A stretch of DNA of 36,641 nt from Candidatus Woesearchaeota archaeon (GCA_016180085.1 JACPBX010000010.1:1-36641), one strand, 5' to 3'; shown: positions 24,334-33,773, numbered from the stretch's first letter. The notes: generated from the sequence alone by a model not told the origin. Translations and numbers: made by a program.

Positions 24334-24959
24334 TAAGGCAGCTGTGGCGTCTGGCCCAGGGATGTCAGGACCATCATCACAAGCGACAGCACAATCAGGG
24401 CAACGTATGCCTTCATGCTCCAGAACAGCACCTTGCTCCCGTCCAGGCCCATGAAAGGAAGCATGTTGAACACCGCAAGCCAGGCGTTGATTGTGGCTCC
24501 ATACGCAGCAATTGAAAGCAGAAGATGCGAAGGATAAAACGCTCCTGCAATAAGCTTAGTGCCGATAAAAATTGCAGCCAGGACTATGTTGGTCAGCGGC
24601 CCTGCTGCCGAAATCCTGCCGCTTCTTGCGGCGTTGACATTTCCCTGGATGAAAACGCCGCCCGGCGCTGCAAAGATAAAGCCGAAAAAGGACATAACGA
24701 ATGCTATGAGCAGCATGAAGTCAAAAGCCCTGAACTCAGCCCTGCAGCCGTATTTCTGGGCGAAATACTTGTGCATAAGCTCGTGAAGGAGAAACCCGAC
24801 CCCCACGGTTAAAGCCGAGATAGCGGCCGCAATGAAAAATTTAAGCGTTAAGCTGAAGCCACCGCTGTTCAAAATGGCAAAAGCAAGCGAGATAACGACC
24901 CAAGCTCTTAGCAGGTGCTGGATTTCAACATGCGAAAACCTCATGCGAAAAGGGTGCAT
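24330..24959 (-). CDS. Site-2 protease (M50) family membrane metalloprotease
   Basis: LHELMH, FAAPG, ISAAGP, NMLPFMGLDG. Confidence 0.9.
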   Translation of the reverse strand: MHPFRMRFSHVEIQHLLRAWVVISLAFAILNSGGFSLTLKFFIAAAISALTVGVGFLLHELMHKYFAQKYGCRAEFRAFDFMLLIAFVMSFFGFIFAAPGGVFIQGNVNAARSGRISAAGPLTNIVLAAIFIGTKLIAGAFYPSHLLLSIAAYGATINAWLAVFNMLPFMGLDGSKVLFWSMKAYVALIVLSLVMMVLTSLGQTPQLPY

Positions 24960-25019
24960 TGCAGATGCAAAAGGAGCTACGTTTAAATTAGTTGCGGTAG
25001 AAAAGTTTATATATTAGTT

Positions 25020-25037
25020 ATACATACTAGTGTGTAT
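25020..25037. promoter_or_regulatory. Palindromic operator of the Doc/RHH module
   Basis: ATACATACTAGTGTGTAT (one mismatched pair) between TATA TTTATATA and start. Confidence 0.5.
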
Positions 25038-25362
25038 GTTAGTTGATGAACTTACTGCGATAAACAAGCGATTCGGAAATGGCAGATTGATTAATAAGTC
25101 AAGCCTTGAATTTGCGGAAAGCGCACTGAAGAAGACAAAGAACTGGCAGGAACAGGCCGCTTACATAATCAGGGCAATTGTAGCCGACCACCCCTTTGAA
25201 GATGGCAACAAGAGGACAGCGGCCGCTTACCTTTCGGCACTTTTGGAAGAGTATAAGATTCCATACGACCGGTATAAGATAGACAAACTTGTGTTGACTA
25301 TAGCCAAGGACACTAAAAGCATAGACAAAATAAGGAGGATGATAAAAAATGCAATCCATTAA
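25036..25362 (+). CDS. Fic/Doc-family toxin
   Basis: HPFEDGNKRTA Fic motif. Confidence 0.9.
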   Translation: MLVDELTAINKRFGNGRLINKSSLEFAESALKKTKNWQEQAAYIIRAIVADHPFEDGNKRTAAAYLSALLEEYKIPYDRYKIDKLVLTIAKDTKSIDKIRRMIKNAIH

Positions 25363-25615
25363 TGTTCTGAGCAAGAAAGTTTTTGAAAGGGCAAGAAAAA
25401 TGCCAGACATCGCCCCAGAAATGTTTATCGCCCTTGAAGAATATGACAAAACTAGAAAGCTGAGAAGATGGGGCAACAAGGTCAGGGTAAACTTTACAAT
25501 AGACCCTGTAACATACCGCAGCTTTAGGGACTATTGCCAGAAGCACGGTTATAAGATGAGCACGCTGATTGAGAAGGCGATCAAGGATAAACTGGGTAGC
25601 ACAGCGAATATTTAA
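25349..25615 (+). CDS. Putative antitoxin with C-terminal ribbon-helix-helix
   Basis: VRVNFTIDP..Y..F..YC...G..MSTLIEKAI; overlaps doc. Confidence 0.7.
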   Translation: MQSINVLSKKVFERARKMPDIAPEMFIALEEYDKTRKLRRWGNKVRVNFTIDPVTYRSFRDYCQKHGYKMSTLIEKAIKDKLGSTANI

Positions 25616-25645
25616 ATAATACCTGCCGCCTTCACAGCACTATTC

Positions 25646-25787
25646 GGCTGCCGTAGTGTAACGGTCCGCATGCGGCCCTGTGGACAATCTTTTTACTCGC
25701 CCACGGGCGAGCAAAAAGCTTGACCAAAAAACGTGCAACATCGTTGACGGTAAGGCTTAGGACGGGGTTCAATTCCCCGCGGCGGCC
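25646..25787 (+). tRNA. tRNA-His(GTG) with 69-nt canonical intron (25684-25752)
   Basis: G-1:C73, acceptor GCTGCCG/CGGCGGC, loop CTGTGG|A, BHB central helix CTGT/ACGG, T-arm CGGGG-TTCAATT-CCCCG; TATA at 25609-25617. Confidence 0.9.
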
Positions 25788-25789
25788 CT

Positions 25790-25901
25790 CAGGATGGAAG
25801 CGTGCCTTCCGCGGGACTCCGAACCCAAGTCGCTTTACGGCGACTGGGCGCAGTCGACGCAAGTCGACTTGCGAGCAGTGAGGTTGCCCCGCGACGGCCC
25901 T
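25790..25901 (+). repeat. Structured insert ending in a duplicate of the tRNA-His 3' end
   Basis: Three hairpins; CCCCGCGACGGCCCT (25887-25901) matches 25775-25789 at 14/15. Confidence 0.6.
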
Positions 25902-25962
25902 AACCTTGATTCTGAACTTCCAACGAAAGATTTATATACGTGTTACTACATTTGCAAACATT

Positions 25963-26262
25963 ATGGGAGCTACAGTTGCTGTGAGGATAGAGGACGCGAA
26001 ACTGGCCGAGATAAGATCCATTTCAAAACAAGAGAATAGGAAAAATTCTGAGGTTCTTCGCGAAGCACTGGACATTGGGCTTAAGGAAAAAAAGTTGGCT
26101 TTGGCCCTTGAGAAGTACAGGAAGCGGGAAATAAGCGTAGGCAAAGCTGCCGAACTGGCTGATGTGTCGATAAGCAAGTTTATGGATGCCCTGCGGGAGC
26201 GCAATGTGCCTTTCAACTACGGCGTAAAAGAGTTAATGGAAGACTTCGAGGGCTTGCTGTGA
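25963..26262 (+). CDS. UPF0175-like antitoxin with N-terminal RHH-like strand
   Basis: ALEKYRKREISVGKAAELADVSISKFMDAL..RNV; start 25963 after GATTTATATA. Confidence 0.85.
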   Translation: MGATVAVRIEDAKLAEIRSISKQENRKNSEVLREALDIGLKEKKLALALEKYRKREISVGKAAELADVSISKFMDALRERNVPFNYGVKELMEDFEGLL

Positions 26263-26271
26263 GGAGTTTCT

Positions 26272-26802
26272 ATGATTTCCAATGCGAGCCCTCTTATCAC
26301 CTATGCCAAGCTGAATAAGCTTGATTTTCTCAGTAAGTGTGTCGGCGCAATAACGATAGGCGAGACTGTATTTAAGGAGATAACACAAAAGGAAAGCGCT
26401 TCTCAGGAAGCTGAATTGGTTAATGGCAAGATTAAAGAAGGGGCAATCATTGTTAAAAAGCTTGAGAAGGGACACTCTGATAAAGCAAAACAGATTCAAC
26501 TAACCTTTAAAGGATTAGGCCGGGGGGAATCTGAGACAATTGCACTCGCCCTGCAGGAAGAGCAAACCGAAACGTTAATTGACGACCTTTATGCAAGAGA
26601 TGTTGCCAAACTAAACGGGCTAAAGCCGGTTGGCTCTTTGCGCGTTCTCATGGTAGCTTTTGAGAAGGGAATTGCAACTGAGGCAGATGTAGGAAACTTG
26701 CTTAAACAGATGATTGAGAACAAGTTCTGGATTAGCGGAAGTGCCATACTTAAGTTCTTGGAGCTTTTTGAAAAGTTAAAGAGAAGTAAACGGAAGCGGT
26801 AG
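26272..26802 (+). CDS. DUF3368-type PIN toxin
   Basis: ISNASPLI, LGRGESETIALA, IDDLYAR..A...GL...GSLRVL. Confidence 0.85.
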   Translation: MISNASPLITYAKLNKLDFLSKCVGAITIGETVFKEITQKESASQEAELVNGKIKEGAIIVKKLEKGHSDKAKQIQLTFKGLGRGESETIALALQEEQTETLIDDLYARDVAKLNGLKPVGSLRVLMVAFEKGIATEADVGNLLKQMIENKFWISGSAILKFLELFEKLKRSKRKR

Positions 26803-27065
26803 AAATTCCATTCTTTGATTTCTTTTCCCTCCTCCAAACCGTACTCGAACAATGTTTCCATACTATTTTGTATATAGGAAATGTTTAAATAGTTGCTGGT
26901 TTTCTAAACTTTGATTCACATGAAACGAGTTGGTTATCTTCACGGAAAGTGGATGTAGTTCTAAGGTAGCTCTAGCTTTATCGTCTTTAACTGCGGCGAG
27001 TGATTGTCTTCATCGTGACCCTTTTGCGAAAAGGTTCAATCCAAAACTACGATAATTCTCAAACT

Positions 27066-27137
27066 GGCCGTAGTGGTGTAGAGGCAGCACGTGCGCCTGT
27101 GGCGCGCAAGGGCGGGATTCGACTCCCCGCTGCGGCC
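27066..27137 (+). tRNA. Second, intron-less tRNA-His(GTG) with A53.C61 mismatch
   Basis: G-1:C73, acceptor GCCGTAG/CTGCGGC, TGCGC-CTGTGGC-GCGCA, T-arm CGGGA-TTCGACT-CCCCG. Confidence 0.85.
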
Positions 27138-27181
27138 CTCAAGCGATTTTCTGAAGCGGAAATTCATCATCAGCAGGGTTG

Positions 27182-27213
27182 ATAAGGGCACGAGCGTAAG
27201 CGAGTGGCCTTAT
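27182..27213. other. GNRA-capped hairpin between tRNA-His and hisG
   Basis: ATAAGG/CCTTAT, CAC/GTG, tandem GA pairs, GC-GTAA-GC. Confidence 0.5.
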
Positions 27214-27293
27214 TGCTGTGATTAAACTGTCGCGGTGAACTTTCTTTTGAGTAAAGTACGATTTTGCAGCGAGAGCTGCGGAGGATGGTCGAA

Positions 27294-28343
27294 ATGTCAA
27301 AACTTCAACAAACAGGAATCAAATTTGCCTTGCCTGTTGGCAGCCTTAATGCTGCAGAACGGGGCAACACAAGCCAGTTGCTTCTTGATGCAGGATATGA
27401 AATAGAAGGCTACAAACCGGGCAAAGAGTCAATGAAGCCAAATTTTGTGAATGACCCAGAAATAGAAGCATTCACTGACAGACCCCAGAACATGCCTGTT
27501 TTGCTGGCTAGTGGCAGCTATGATCTTGCTATACTTGGCAGTGATTGGGTAAGGGAATGGGAACTTACCGGAGTCAAGATAGCCAAAATAGCAGACCTCA
27601 CTTACGGGGGCGTTAATATTGTACTTGCAGTCAAAATCGAAAGTCCCATAAGCGGCATTGAGCAGCTTGTGGAAAGCAGCAGGTCAAAGCCTGTACAGCT
27701 GGCGACGGAATACCTGCTTTTGACAGCAGACGCGGTAGCTAAAACCAGCGCCTGGCAAGCAGCGTATGGTGCTACTGCACAGCCTATTTTGGTTACCAGA
27801 ACATTGCAAGGGCGCGTAGCTGCCGAAATGATGGCTGCTGGCATTGCGATAAAGGAATCATTCGGCAAAACCGAGGTTGGAGCTATCAACGGCAGCGGCA
27901 TTGACGGGATTGTAGAAAGCACACAAACAGGGAGGAGCTTAAAAGAAGCCGGACTCAAGGCTATTGGAGCAATTTTCAGTTCAACAGCCTGCCTTTACGC
28001 CGCGCCATCTGCCATTGCCGAACCGGCCAAGCTGGAAAAAATTGAACAGGTGGCAAAACTGTTGATGGGTGTTGTTAGGGGCAGAAGCTGCGAATATGTG
28101 ACCTTTAATGTGCCGGAACAACAGCTGCAGCAGGTTGTGAGCTACCTTGTCCAGAATGGCTATGCCGCAAAAATGCCCACTGTAAGCGTGTTCGGCGGCA
28201 ATGCTGTTGTAGCTACAGTGCTTCCAAAGAGGGAATATCCTGAAGCAGTCAGTAAATTGCTTAATATTGGAGCAGATGACATTGTGAACATCCGCACAGG
28301 GCAAATAGTGACGAGGCAGCAATATGCTGAGGTGAAAAGATGA
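27294..28343 (+). CDS. hisG: ATP phosphoribosyltransferase, long form
   Basis: [49 protein letters not shown]-terminal NVP...PTVS regulatory domain. Confidence 0.85.
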   Translation: MSKLQQTGIKFALPVGSLNAAERGNTSQLLLDAGYEIEGYKPGKESMKPNFVNDPEIEAFTDRPQNMPVLLASGSYDLAILGSDWVREWELTGVKIAKIADLTYGGVNIVLAVKIESPISGIEQLVESSRSKPVQLATEYLLLTADAVAKTSAWQAAYGATAQPILVTRTLQGRVAAEMMAAGIAIKESFGKTEVGAINGSGIDGIVESTQTGRSLKEAGLKAIGAIFSSTACLYAAPSAIAEPAKLEKIEQVAKLLMGVVRGRSCEYVTFNVPEQQLQQVVSYLVQNGYAAKMPTVSVFGGNAVVATVLPKREYPEAVSKLLNIGADDIVNIRTGQIVTRQQYAEVKR

Positions 28344-28672
28344 GCCTCGACCAAAAGGTTGAGCCTGACTTTGCAAAGCGTGGAGGCCTTGTGGTGGCAA
28401 TAGCACAGGAAGTGGCTACAAAGCAAGTGCTGATGCAGGCCTACATGAACAGGGAAGCGTGGGCTGAAACGCTTAAGACGGGCTATGCGACTTACTGGAG
28501 CACGTCCCGCAATGAACTCTGGCGAAAAGGAGCAACGTCAGGAGACTGGCAACCTGTAAAAGAAATTTATGTCGACTGTGACAGCGACGCAGTTTTACTA
28601 GTGGTTGAACAGCAAGGAAAGGGAGCATGCCACACTGGCAACTACAGTTGCTTTTACACAAAAGTTTTTTAA
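28340..28672 (+). CDS. hisI: Phosphoribosyl-AMP cyclohydrolase
   Basis: [39 protein letters not shown]. Confidence 0.95.
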   Translation: MSLDQKVEPDFAKRGGLVVAIAQEVATKQVLMQAYMNREAWAETLKTGYATYWSTSRNELWRKGATSGDWQPVKEIYVDCDSDAVLLVVEQQGKGACHTGNYSCFYTKVF

Positions 28673-28696
28673 AACAGCAGTCGGAAGGTAAGAACT

Positions 28697-30004
28697 ATGA
28701 AACTTGAACGCGCTCGCGGAACAAGGGACTTCGCAGCAGAGGATGCTTTGCTGAGGCAGCAGGTAGTTGGCACTCTGTGCAGCGTGTTCGAGCTTTACGG
28801 CTACAACCCCCTTGAAACGCCGGTAATCGAGAAGTTTGAAACCCTGGCGTCCAAGTATGCCGGAGGCGAAGAGATACTGAAGGAAACGTTCAAGCTGAAA
28901 GACCAGGGCGGAAGGGAGATTGGGCTGAGGTATGATCTGACTGTGCCGATGTGCAGGTTCATTGCAACGAATCCAAACTTGAAGATGCCGTTCAAGAGGT
29001 ACCAGATTGGCAGCGTGTTCAGGGACGGGCCTCTCAAGATTGGAAGGTACAGGGAATTCATGCAGTGCGACATTGACGTCGTGGGCGTAAGGCCCATGGC
29101 TGCGGATGCCGAGATTGTAGAGATGGCACAGGAGGCATTTGAGCGGCTGCAGCTTAGCGTAGTTATCAAAGTCAATAACCGCAAGCTGCTGAATGGAATC
29201 ATAGATGCTGCCGGAATCAAAGCCGACAAGGCAGAAACTGTGATTCTGACCCTTGACAAGCTGGAAAAGCTTGGGAAGCAGGCAGTTGAGAAAGAGCTTG
29301 CCGAAAAAGGGGCATCAGCAGCTGCAATTAGGAAGCTGGTGCTGATGATAACGGTTCAGGGCAGCAACAGCGAGAAAATGCAGAAGCTGGAAAAAGAGGT
29401 CAACAGCAATGAGGGAAAAGAAGGCGTGGAAGAATTGCGGCAGATGCTGGAATGCCTTGATAACCAAACAAATGTTGAGTTTGACCCGTCGCTTGCGAGA
29501 GGACTGGCTTATTACACGGGAACAGTCTTTGAGGCTTTCCTGAACGAGCCGAAGAAGCCGCAGCTGAAGGAAATAAAATCCGCTGTTGCCGCAGGCGGCA
29601 GGTATGATAAGATGATTGGCAACTTTGTTGGAGGAGGCAGGGAATACCCTGCCGTCGGAATATCATTTGGCCTGGACATTATTGAGGACGCGCTTCTTCT
29701 CAGCGGCAGGGAAAAGAAAAGGACAACCACGTCTGTTTACGTTGTTCCTATCAAAGCCGTTGCCGAAGCCCAAAAAATCGCAGCAAAGCTAAGGCAGGAA
29801 GGAATAAGCACTGACATTGACATGAGCAACCGCGATGTGAAGAGAAACCTTGAATACGCTGCAGCTGCCGGGATGCCTTACGTTGTATTTGTTGGTGAAA
29901 AGGAAGTTAAGGAAGGCAAGCTAAAGGTGAGGAATATGAAAAGCGGCGAGGAAAAGGTGGTTTCCTTATCCGAAGCTGCAGAAGAACTAAAAAATTTTAA
30001 ATAA
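28697..30004 (+). CDS. hisS: Histidyl-tRNA synthetase
   Basis: RGTRDF, LRYDLTVP, GRYREFMQCD, LARGLAYYTG, GGRYD, C-terminal anticodon-binding domain. Confidence 0.97.
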   Translation: MKLERARGTRDFAAEDALLRQQVVGTLCSVFELYGYNPLETPVIEKFETLASKYAGGEEILKETFKLKDQGGREIGLRYDLTVPMCRFIATNPNLKMPFKRYQIGSVFRDGPLKIGRYREFMQCDIDVVGVRPMAADAEIVEMAQEAFERLQLSVVIKVNNRKLLNGIIDAAGIKADKAETVILTLDKLEKLGKQAVEKELAEKGASAAAIRKLVLMITVQGSNSEKMQKLEKEVNSNEGKEGVEELRQMLECLDNQTNVEFDPSLARGLAYYTGTVFEAFLNEPKKPQLKEIKSAVAAGGRYDKMIGNFVGGGREYPAVGISFGLDIIEDALLLSGREKKRTTTSVYVVPIKAVAEAQKIAAKLRQEGISTDIDMSNRDVKRNLEYAAAAGMPYVVFVGEKEVKEGKLKVRNMKSGEEKVVSLSEAAEELKNFK

Positions 30005-30024
30005 GCCCAATTCTCCAATCCCAT

Positions 30025-30651
30025 ATGGACGCTAACCTCTCACGGTATTTTGAAGCGGTAGCTGAACGCCGGCAAATCGGGGCAGTAATTGAACGGCTGA
30101 TGCTGGAAAAGGGCTACGACCGAAGCCAGGTCGCCAGTGGACTGCGTGAGCAGTTTGGCTTGTCCTTTGGTTGGGCATTGGATTATCTTGTGAACGTCTT
30201 TAGCGGGTGCCTGTATGGGACATCAAGCGAGCTGTCAATAAAGCGATACCCTGGCAAAGGAAGGCAGAGGCTTGCAACTCTGCTTTCCCGGCTGGGCGTT
30301 GCGCAGGGCCATCCGGTGGTGATTTTTATAACAACCCTGGACAAAGGCTTCAAATACTATTCGGATGGAGGCGCGGATGGAAATGGCGCATTGCGGCATC
30401 CGGAGGGTGATTTGGAAAGTCGTGTTGGCGCTGTTGCGCCTGCAGTTGCGGAGCTGAAACCGTACTTCTTCATGGACGGCCATTCAGCCATTGGCGTGAA
30501 TTTCGACGTCGGAAACATGGTATCGCACGGGCAATTTTGCACAGGAGTGGTAGTGAAATCGTCACGACCCAATCCTTATATTTACCCCACAACCTACACG
30601 ATAACAGTAAGGTTCAAGGACCAAACACGAGACCTCCTTGTGAGGCCGTAA
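30025..30651 (+). CDS. Hypothetical protein
   Basis: 208-aa ORF. Confidence 0.6.
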   Translation: MDANLSRYFEAVAERRQIGAVIERLMLEKGYDRSQVASGLREQFGLSFGWALDYLVNVFSGCLYGTSSELSIKRYPGKGRQRLATLLSRLGVAQGHPVVIFITTLDKGFKYYSDGGADGNGALRHPEGDLESRVGAVAPAVAELKPYFFMDGHSAIGVNFDVGNMVSHGQFCTGVVVKSSRPNPYIYPTTYTITVRFKDQTRDLLVRP

Positions 30652-30655
30652 AAGT

Positions 30656-31558
30656 TCAGTCGCCCGCGACTGTCAAAACCTCACAGCCATCTCTCTTTAC
30701 AAGCACGGTCTTCTCAGCCTGGCTGACAATGCCCTTTGCCTCCTCAATAAGCGGCGGGAAGCTGTGGATGATTCCCTGCTGCCCAAGAATCCTCACTGCC
30801 AATGCAACTTTAATTGCCGGGAACTCTTTCAGGAGCCACCGCCTGGCAAAAGGGAGCTTCCCATAGCTGCGAATTTTTTCAAGAACTTTCCTGACAGCTG
30901 GCTCGCGGGTTTGCTTGTCCGATACCTGCATGAAAACCTGGGCGTTGGAGGATTCGTAAATAACACCCTTGCCTGTCGTGGCGAACGGCTCTATCGCAAT
31001 TACCTCGTTCTCCTGCAGCACTGTCTTGTCGCCGTTGTCAAAATTTGGAACGGTTGGCCCTGTGTGAATCTCAAACTTCCCAAGCCCGTGGCCGCTTAAG
31101 TTGCGAATTGGCGAAAAGCCATAAAGCGCTATTGTTTCCTGAATAGCCCTGCCAACTTCGCCGAGTGCCACTCCTGCTCTGGCAACCTTTATTGCGGCGG
31201 CGAGGGCTTTCTCTGATGCGGCAACCAGGTCTGAGTAATTGCCGCCCAAATCAACAGTTGCGGCATTATCGCCCATTGCGCCTTCAAAGCAAGCGCCAAC
31301 GTCAAGCTTGCACACCTGCGAGTCCAGGATTGTTTTATCATCGGCATCAGGGCAGTAATGCGCAGCGATGTGGTCAACGGAAATCTGCGCAGGAAAGGAT
31401 GGCTTTGCGCCAAGCTCAATTATTTTGGCATCAACCGCATCGCAAACTTCCAGCAATGGAATGCCCTTTTTAATCAGTTTTATGCCATAATCCAATGCAA
31501 TGGCCGATATTTTGCCGGCTTTTCTCCAATTTTCCAGGTCGGATTCTTCAACTATCAT
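30656..31558 (-). CDS. map: Methionine aminopeptidase type II
   Basis: AAHYCP, KLDVG, GDNA, NLSGHGL, AIEPFAT, QAEKT. Confidence 0.95.
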   Translation of the reverse strand: MIVEESDLENWRKAGKISAIALDYGIKLIKKGIPLLEVCDAVDAKIIELGAKPSFPAQISVDHIAAHYCPDADDKTILDSQVCKLDVGACFEGAMGDNAATVDLGGNYSDLVAASEKALAAAIKVARAGVALGEVGRAIQETIALYGFSPIRNLSGHGLGKFEIHTGPTVPNFDNGDKTVLQENEVIAIEPFATTGKGVIYESSNAQVFMQVSDKQTREPAVRKVLEKIRSYGKLPFARRWLLKEFPAIKVALAVRILGQQGIIHSFPPLIEEAKGIVSQAEKTVLVKRDGCEVLTVAGD

Positions 31559-31581
31559 TTCAAGAGCGTGTCGTTGCTGGA

Positions 31582-32415
31582 TTATTTATAAAACTGTTGG
31601 TAAACGAAGATGGCAATGGATGCAAGCGCGATTAAAAAGCCCAAACTGAATAAGCGCTTTGCAAGCCTCTCATCATCTTTAACTGCAAGAATCCCAAATG
31701 CAACTGCCGCATACCAGAAAAACATCCTTAAAGAAGGGCTTTTTATCCCTGAAAAAAGGATTATCGCCAAGACAAGAGCAAGCGCCAACGCGGCTGTCAG
31801 GCGCTTGCCGAAAAAGGTAGCGATTGTCATCACCCTGGCTTTCTTGTCGGAAGAATAATCCATTATAGCACCCAAGGCATGAATGGCGCTAACGCAAAAA
31901 GAGGCAAAATAAACAGTTGCCGGAACCGCTATTACAGGAGCGCCATAGCTGTAACCCAGCAGGATTACCGAAAAAACAAGGGCGCCATTGCTCAAAGAGT
32001 CCAGAACCGGCTTTTCCTTAAGGCGAACGGGCGGCTCTGAATATGCCCAGCCCAGCGAAACCGCAATGGCAGTCGCCACCATGTTCCCCGGATTGCGGGT
32101 AAAGCCTGAAAAAATGGCAAGCACAATGGTGGATGCGAGTGCGGCAGAGGAGACAAACCGGTGATGCCTCTCTTCCAGGGCAATCCCGTGAATGGCAGAC
32201 TGTTTCCTTTTGTTAATGGCATCTGCCCGGCAGTCATAAACATCATTGATTCCAAATACGATTAGCGGAAGCAGGATGGCAGTGAGAAGAAGCTGTAGAA
32301 TGGCCGTTGCTGTGATGGCCGCGCCTGATATCGCAAGCCCCAGCCCAAAAAGCAGCGCAACCAAAGGCCAGCTCAACGGCCTGCTAACTTTGAACAGGAA
32401 CCAGAGCCGCGACAT
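31582..32415 (-). CDS. UbiA-family prenyltransferase
   Basis: INDVYDCRADAINKRK, YSEPPVRLKEKP, DYSSDKK, multi-TM. Confidence 0.85.
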   Translation of the reverse strand: MSRLWFLFKVSRPLSWPLVALLFGLGLAISGAAITATAILQLLLTAILLPLIVFGINDVYDCRADAINKRKQSAIHGIALEERHHRFVSSAALASTIVLAIFSGFTRNPGNMVATAIAVSLGWAYSEPPVRLKEKPVLDSLSNGALVFSVILLGYSYGAPVIAVPATVYFASFCVSAIHALGAIMDYSSDKKARVMTIATFFGKRLTAALALALVLAIILFSGIKSPSLRMFFWYAAVAFGILAVKDDERLAKRLFSLGFLIALASIAIFVYQQFYK

Positions 32416-32532
32416 AATGCCTTTTTTGCCATTGCCCGCTTAAAAGCTTAACCAACAGAAACAGCTAAATGCTACTACTTTTAAGTAACTAAAATAGAAA
32501 GATTTAAATAGTGCTGAACCGGTGCAGGCCAT

Positions 32533-32982
32533 ATGGTATTCCCAACAGACTGGTTTTACATGGCAGCTGCAGAGTATGACAGGATAACACAATCGCTAAT
32601 ACCTGCGCTTAAGGATCTGCCGCAGGCAAGGGCTTACCTGGAAGGTTTTGTGGCAGCTTATGCGGCGATATCTGCAATTGATGCTGGCTTGCATTTCGGG
32701 CTTAATGCCATCAAGAGGGAAAACTGGCTAAAGCCGCTCAGGAGTGCGGGTTATGCAACGATGTGCGCATTGCCCCTGATTGTTTCTGCCATTGACCCTG
32801 AAGGTGCAAAACAGGTTCACGAGCTCGGCAATTACCTTGAGGGCATTGTTGGTCTGATGATGGGCACAGGAGCAGCAGCGTTCCAAGGCAACAGTGGTTA
32901 TTCATATGCCGCCTTGGCAACAAAGGCCATAAATAGGTTTAAAGGCAACGGAAAAGAGAAATTGGAAACAAGGCTACAGTAA
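32533..32982 (+). CDS. Hypothetical membrane-associated protein
   Basis: 149-aa ORF after AGATTTAAATA. Confidence 0.6.
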   Translation: MVFPTDWFYMAAAEYDRITQSLIPALKDLPQARAYLEGFVAAYAAISAIDAGLHFGLNAIKRENWLKPLRSAGYATMCALPLIVSAIDPEGAKQVHELGNYLEGIVGLMMGTGAAAFQGNSGYSYAALATKAINRFKGNGKEKLETRLQ

Positions 32983-32997
32983 GAAAAGAGAGATCAC

Positions 32998-33186
32998 TCA
33001 CTTTTTCGCCTGCATCACAGTATAGCCGCACTTTCCGCAGCTTTGTCTGTCCTTGTGCCTGGCGAGGAAGACGCCTGGCCCGCACTTTGGGCAGCTGGTG
33101 GTTTTTCTGGCAATGGCGCCGCTTTTGGAATCGTAAATCTTCCACACCTGCATCGGCTTCCTGGGCTTCTTCTGCTTTTTTGCCAT
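32998..33186 (-). CDS. rps27ae: 30S ribosomal protein S27ae
   Basis: [25 protein letters not shown]. Confidence 0.95.
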   Translation of the reverse strand: MAKKQKKPRKPMQVWKIYDSKSGAIARKTTSCPKCGPGVFLARHKDRQSCGKCGYTVMQAKK

Positions 33187-33214
33187 TTAATCCACTTTTA
33201 CAATTTTTAATTTC

Positions 33215-33556
33215 TTATTTCTTTTCTGCTGCCGCTGTTGCAGCTGCTGTGGGCGCCTTCTTTACCCTCGGCTGGTTCCTTGCAAGGATGACCTTTGAGC
33301 TGAACATGCCGGCGTCCTGCTTTGTCTTGTAAACGTATGCTTCCAGGCTTGACTTCCTGCTTCCGAAGACAGGAACACACCTGCTTATGACAACAACCGC
33401 CTCATCAGCTTTCAGGTGCTGGGCAAGGTGCTTTCTGAGCTCGGCAAAGCTTGGAGGGGCAGTGTCATATGCGACAACGCCCTTCAGCACTGTCCTTGAC
33501 AGCAATGGCTCCTCGACCTTTTCCGCAACTGCAACATTAAACGCCATTAGAATCAT
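33215..33556 (-). CDS. rps24e: 30S ribosomal protein S24e
   Basis: EPLLSRT...PPS...LRK.LA......VV...FG......AYVY; syntenic. Confidence 0.9.
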   Translation of the reverse strand: MILMAFNVAVAEKVEEPLLSRTVLKGVVAYDTAPPSFAELRKHLAQHLKADEAVVVISRCVPVFGSRKSSLEAYVYKTKQDAGMFSSKVILARNQPRVKKAPTAAATAAAEKK

Positions 33557-33572
33557 CCCAAATCTTTCTGCC

Positions 33573-33761
33573 CTACCTTATCTTCAGGGCGTAATCGCCT
33601 TCCCTCGTAAGCTCCACCTTTTTGCCAATAAAAGATTTTTCAGGGTCGATAATGTTAATCCTGCCCTGCCACGTTGTGGCAAAGTCTGAGTTCTTGCAAA
33701 TCTGGCAGCTTCCCTTGCCTTCATCAACAAAAACCTTGCATTGCCTGCAGACACGCTTCAT
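33573..33761 (-). CDS. spt4: Transcription elongation factor Spt4
   Basis: CRQC...CQIC..S.F...WQG.I.I.DPEKS.I...G.YALKIR. Confidence 0.95.
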   Translation of the reverse strand: MKRVCRQCKVFVDEGKGSCQICKNSDFATTWQGRINIIDPEKSFIGKKVELTREGDYALKIR

Positions 33762-33773
33762 CTTTGAATGCCT

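Noticed and set aside
25790-25901. 5S rRNA, SRP RNA or RNase P identity for the structured element
   Set aside because: Only isolated short matches (CCGAAC; GGGTTCGGAGTCCC); no SRP helix-8 or RNase P P4 motif, no 5S terminal stem.
20621-30004. Genome-wide AGG reassignment to Ser
   Set aside because: AGG encodes invariant Arg in eif2g (KRGIT) and hisS (GRYREF).
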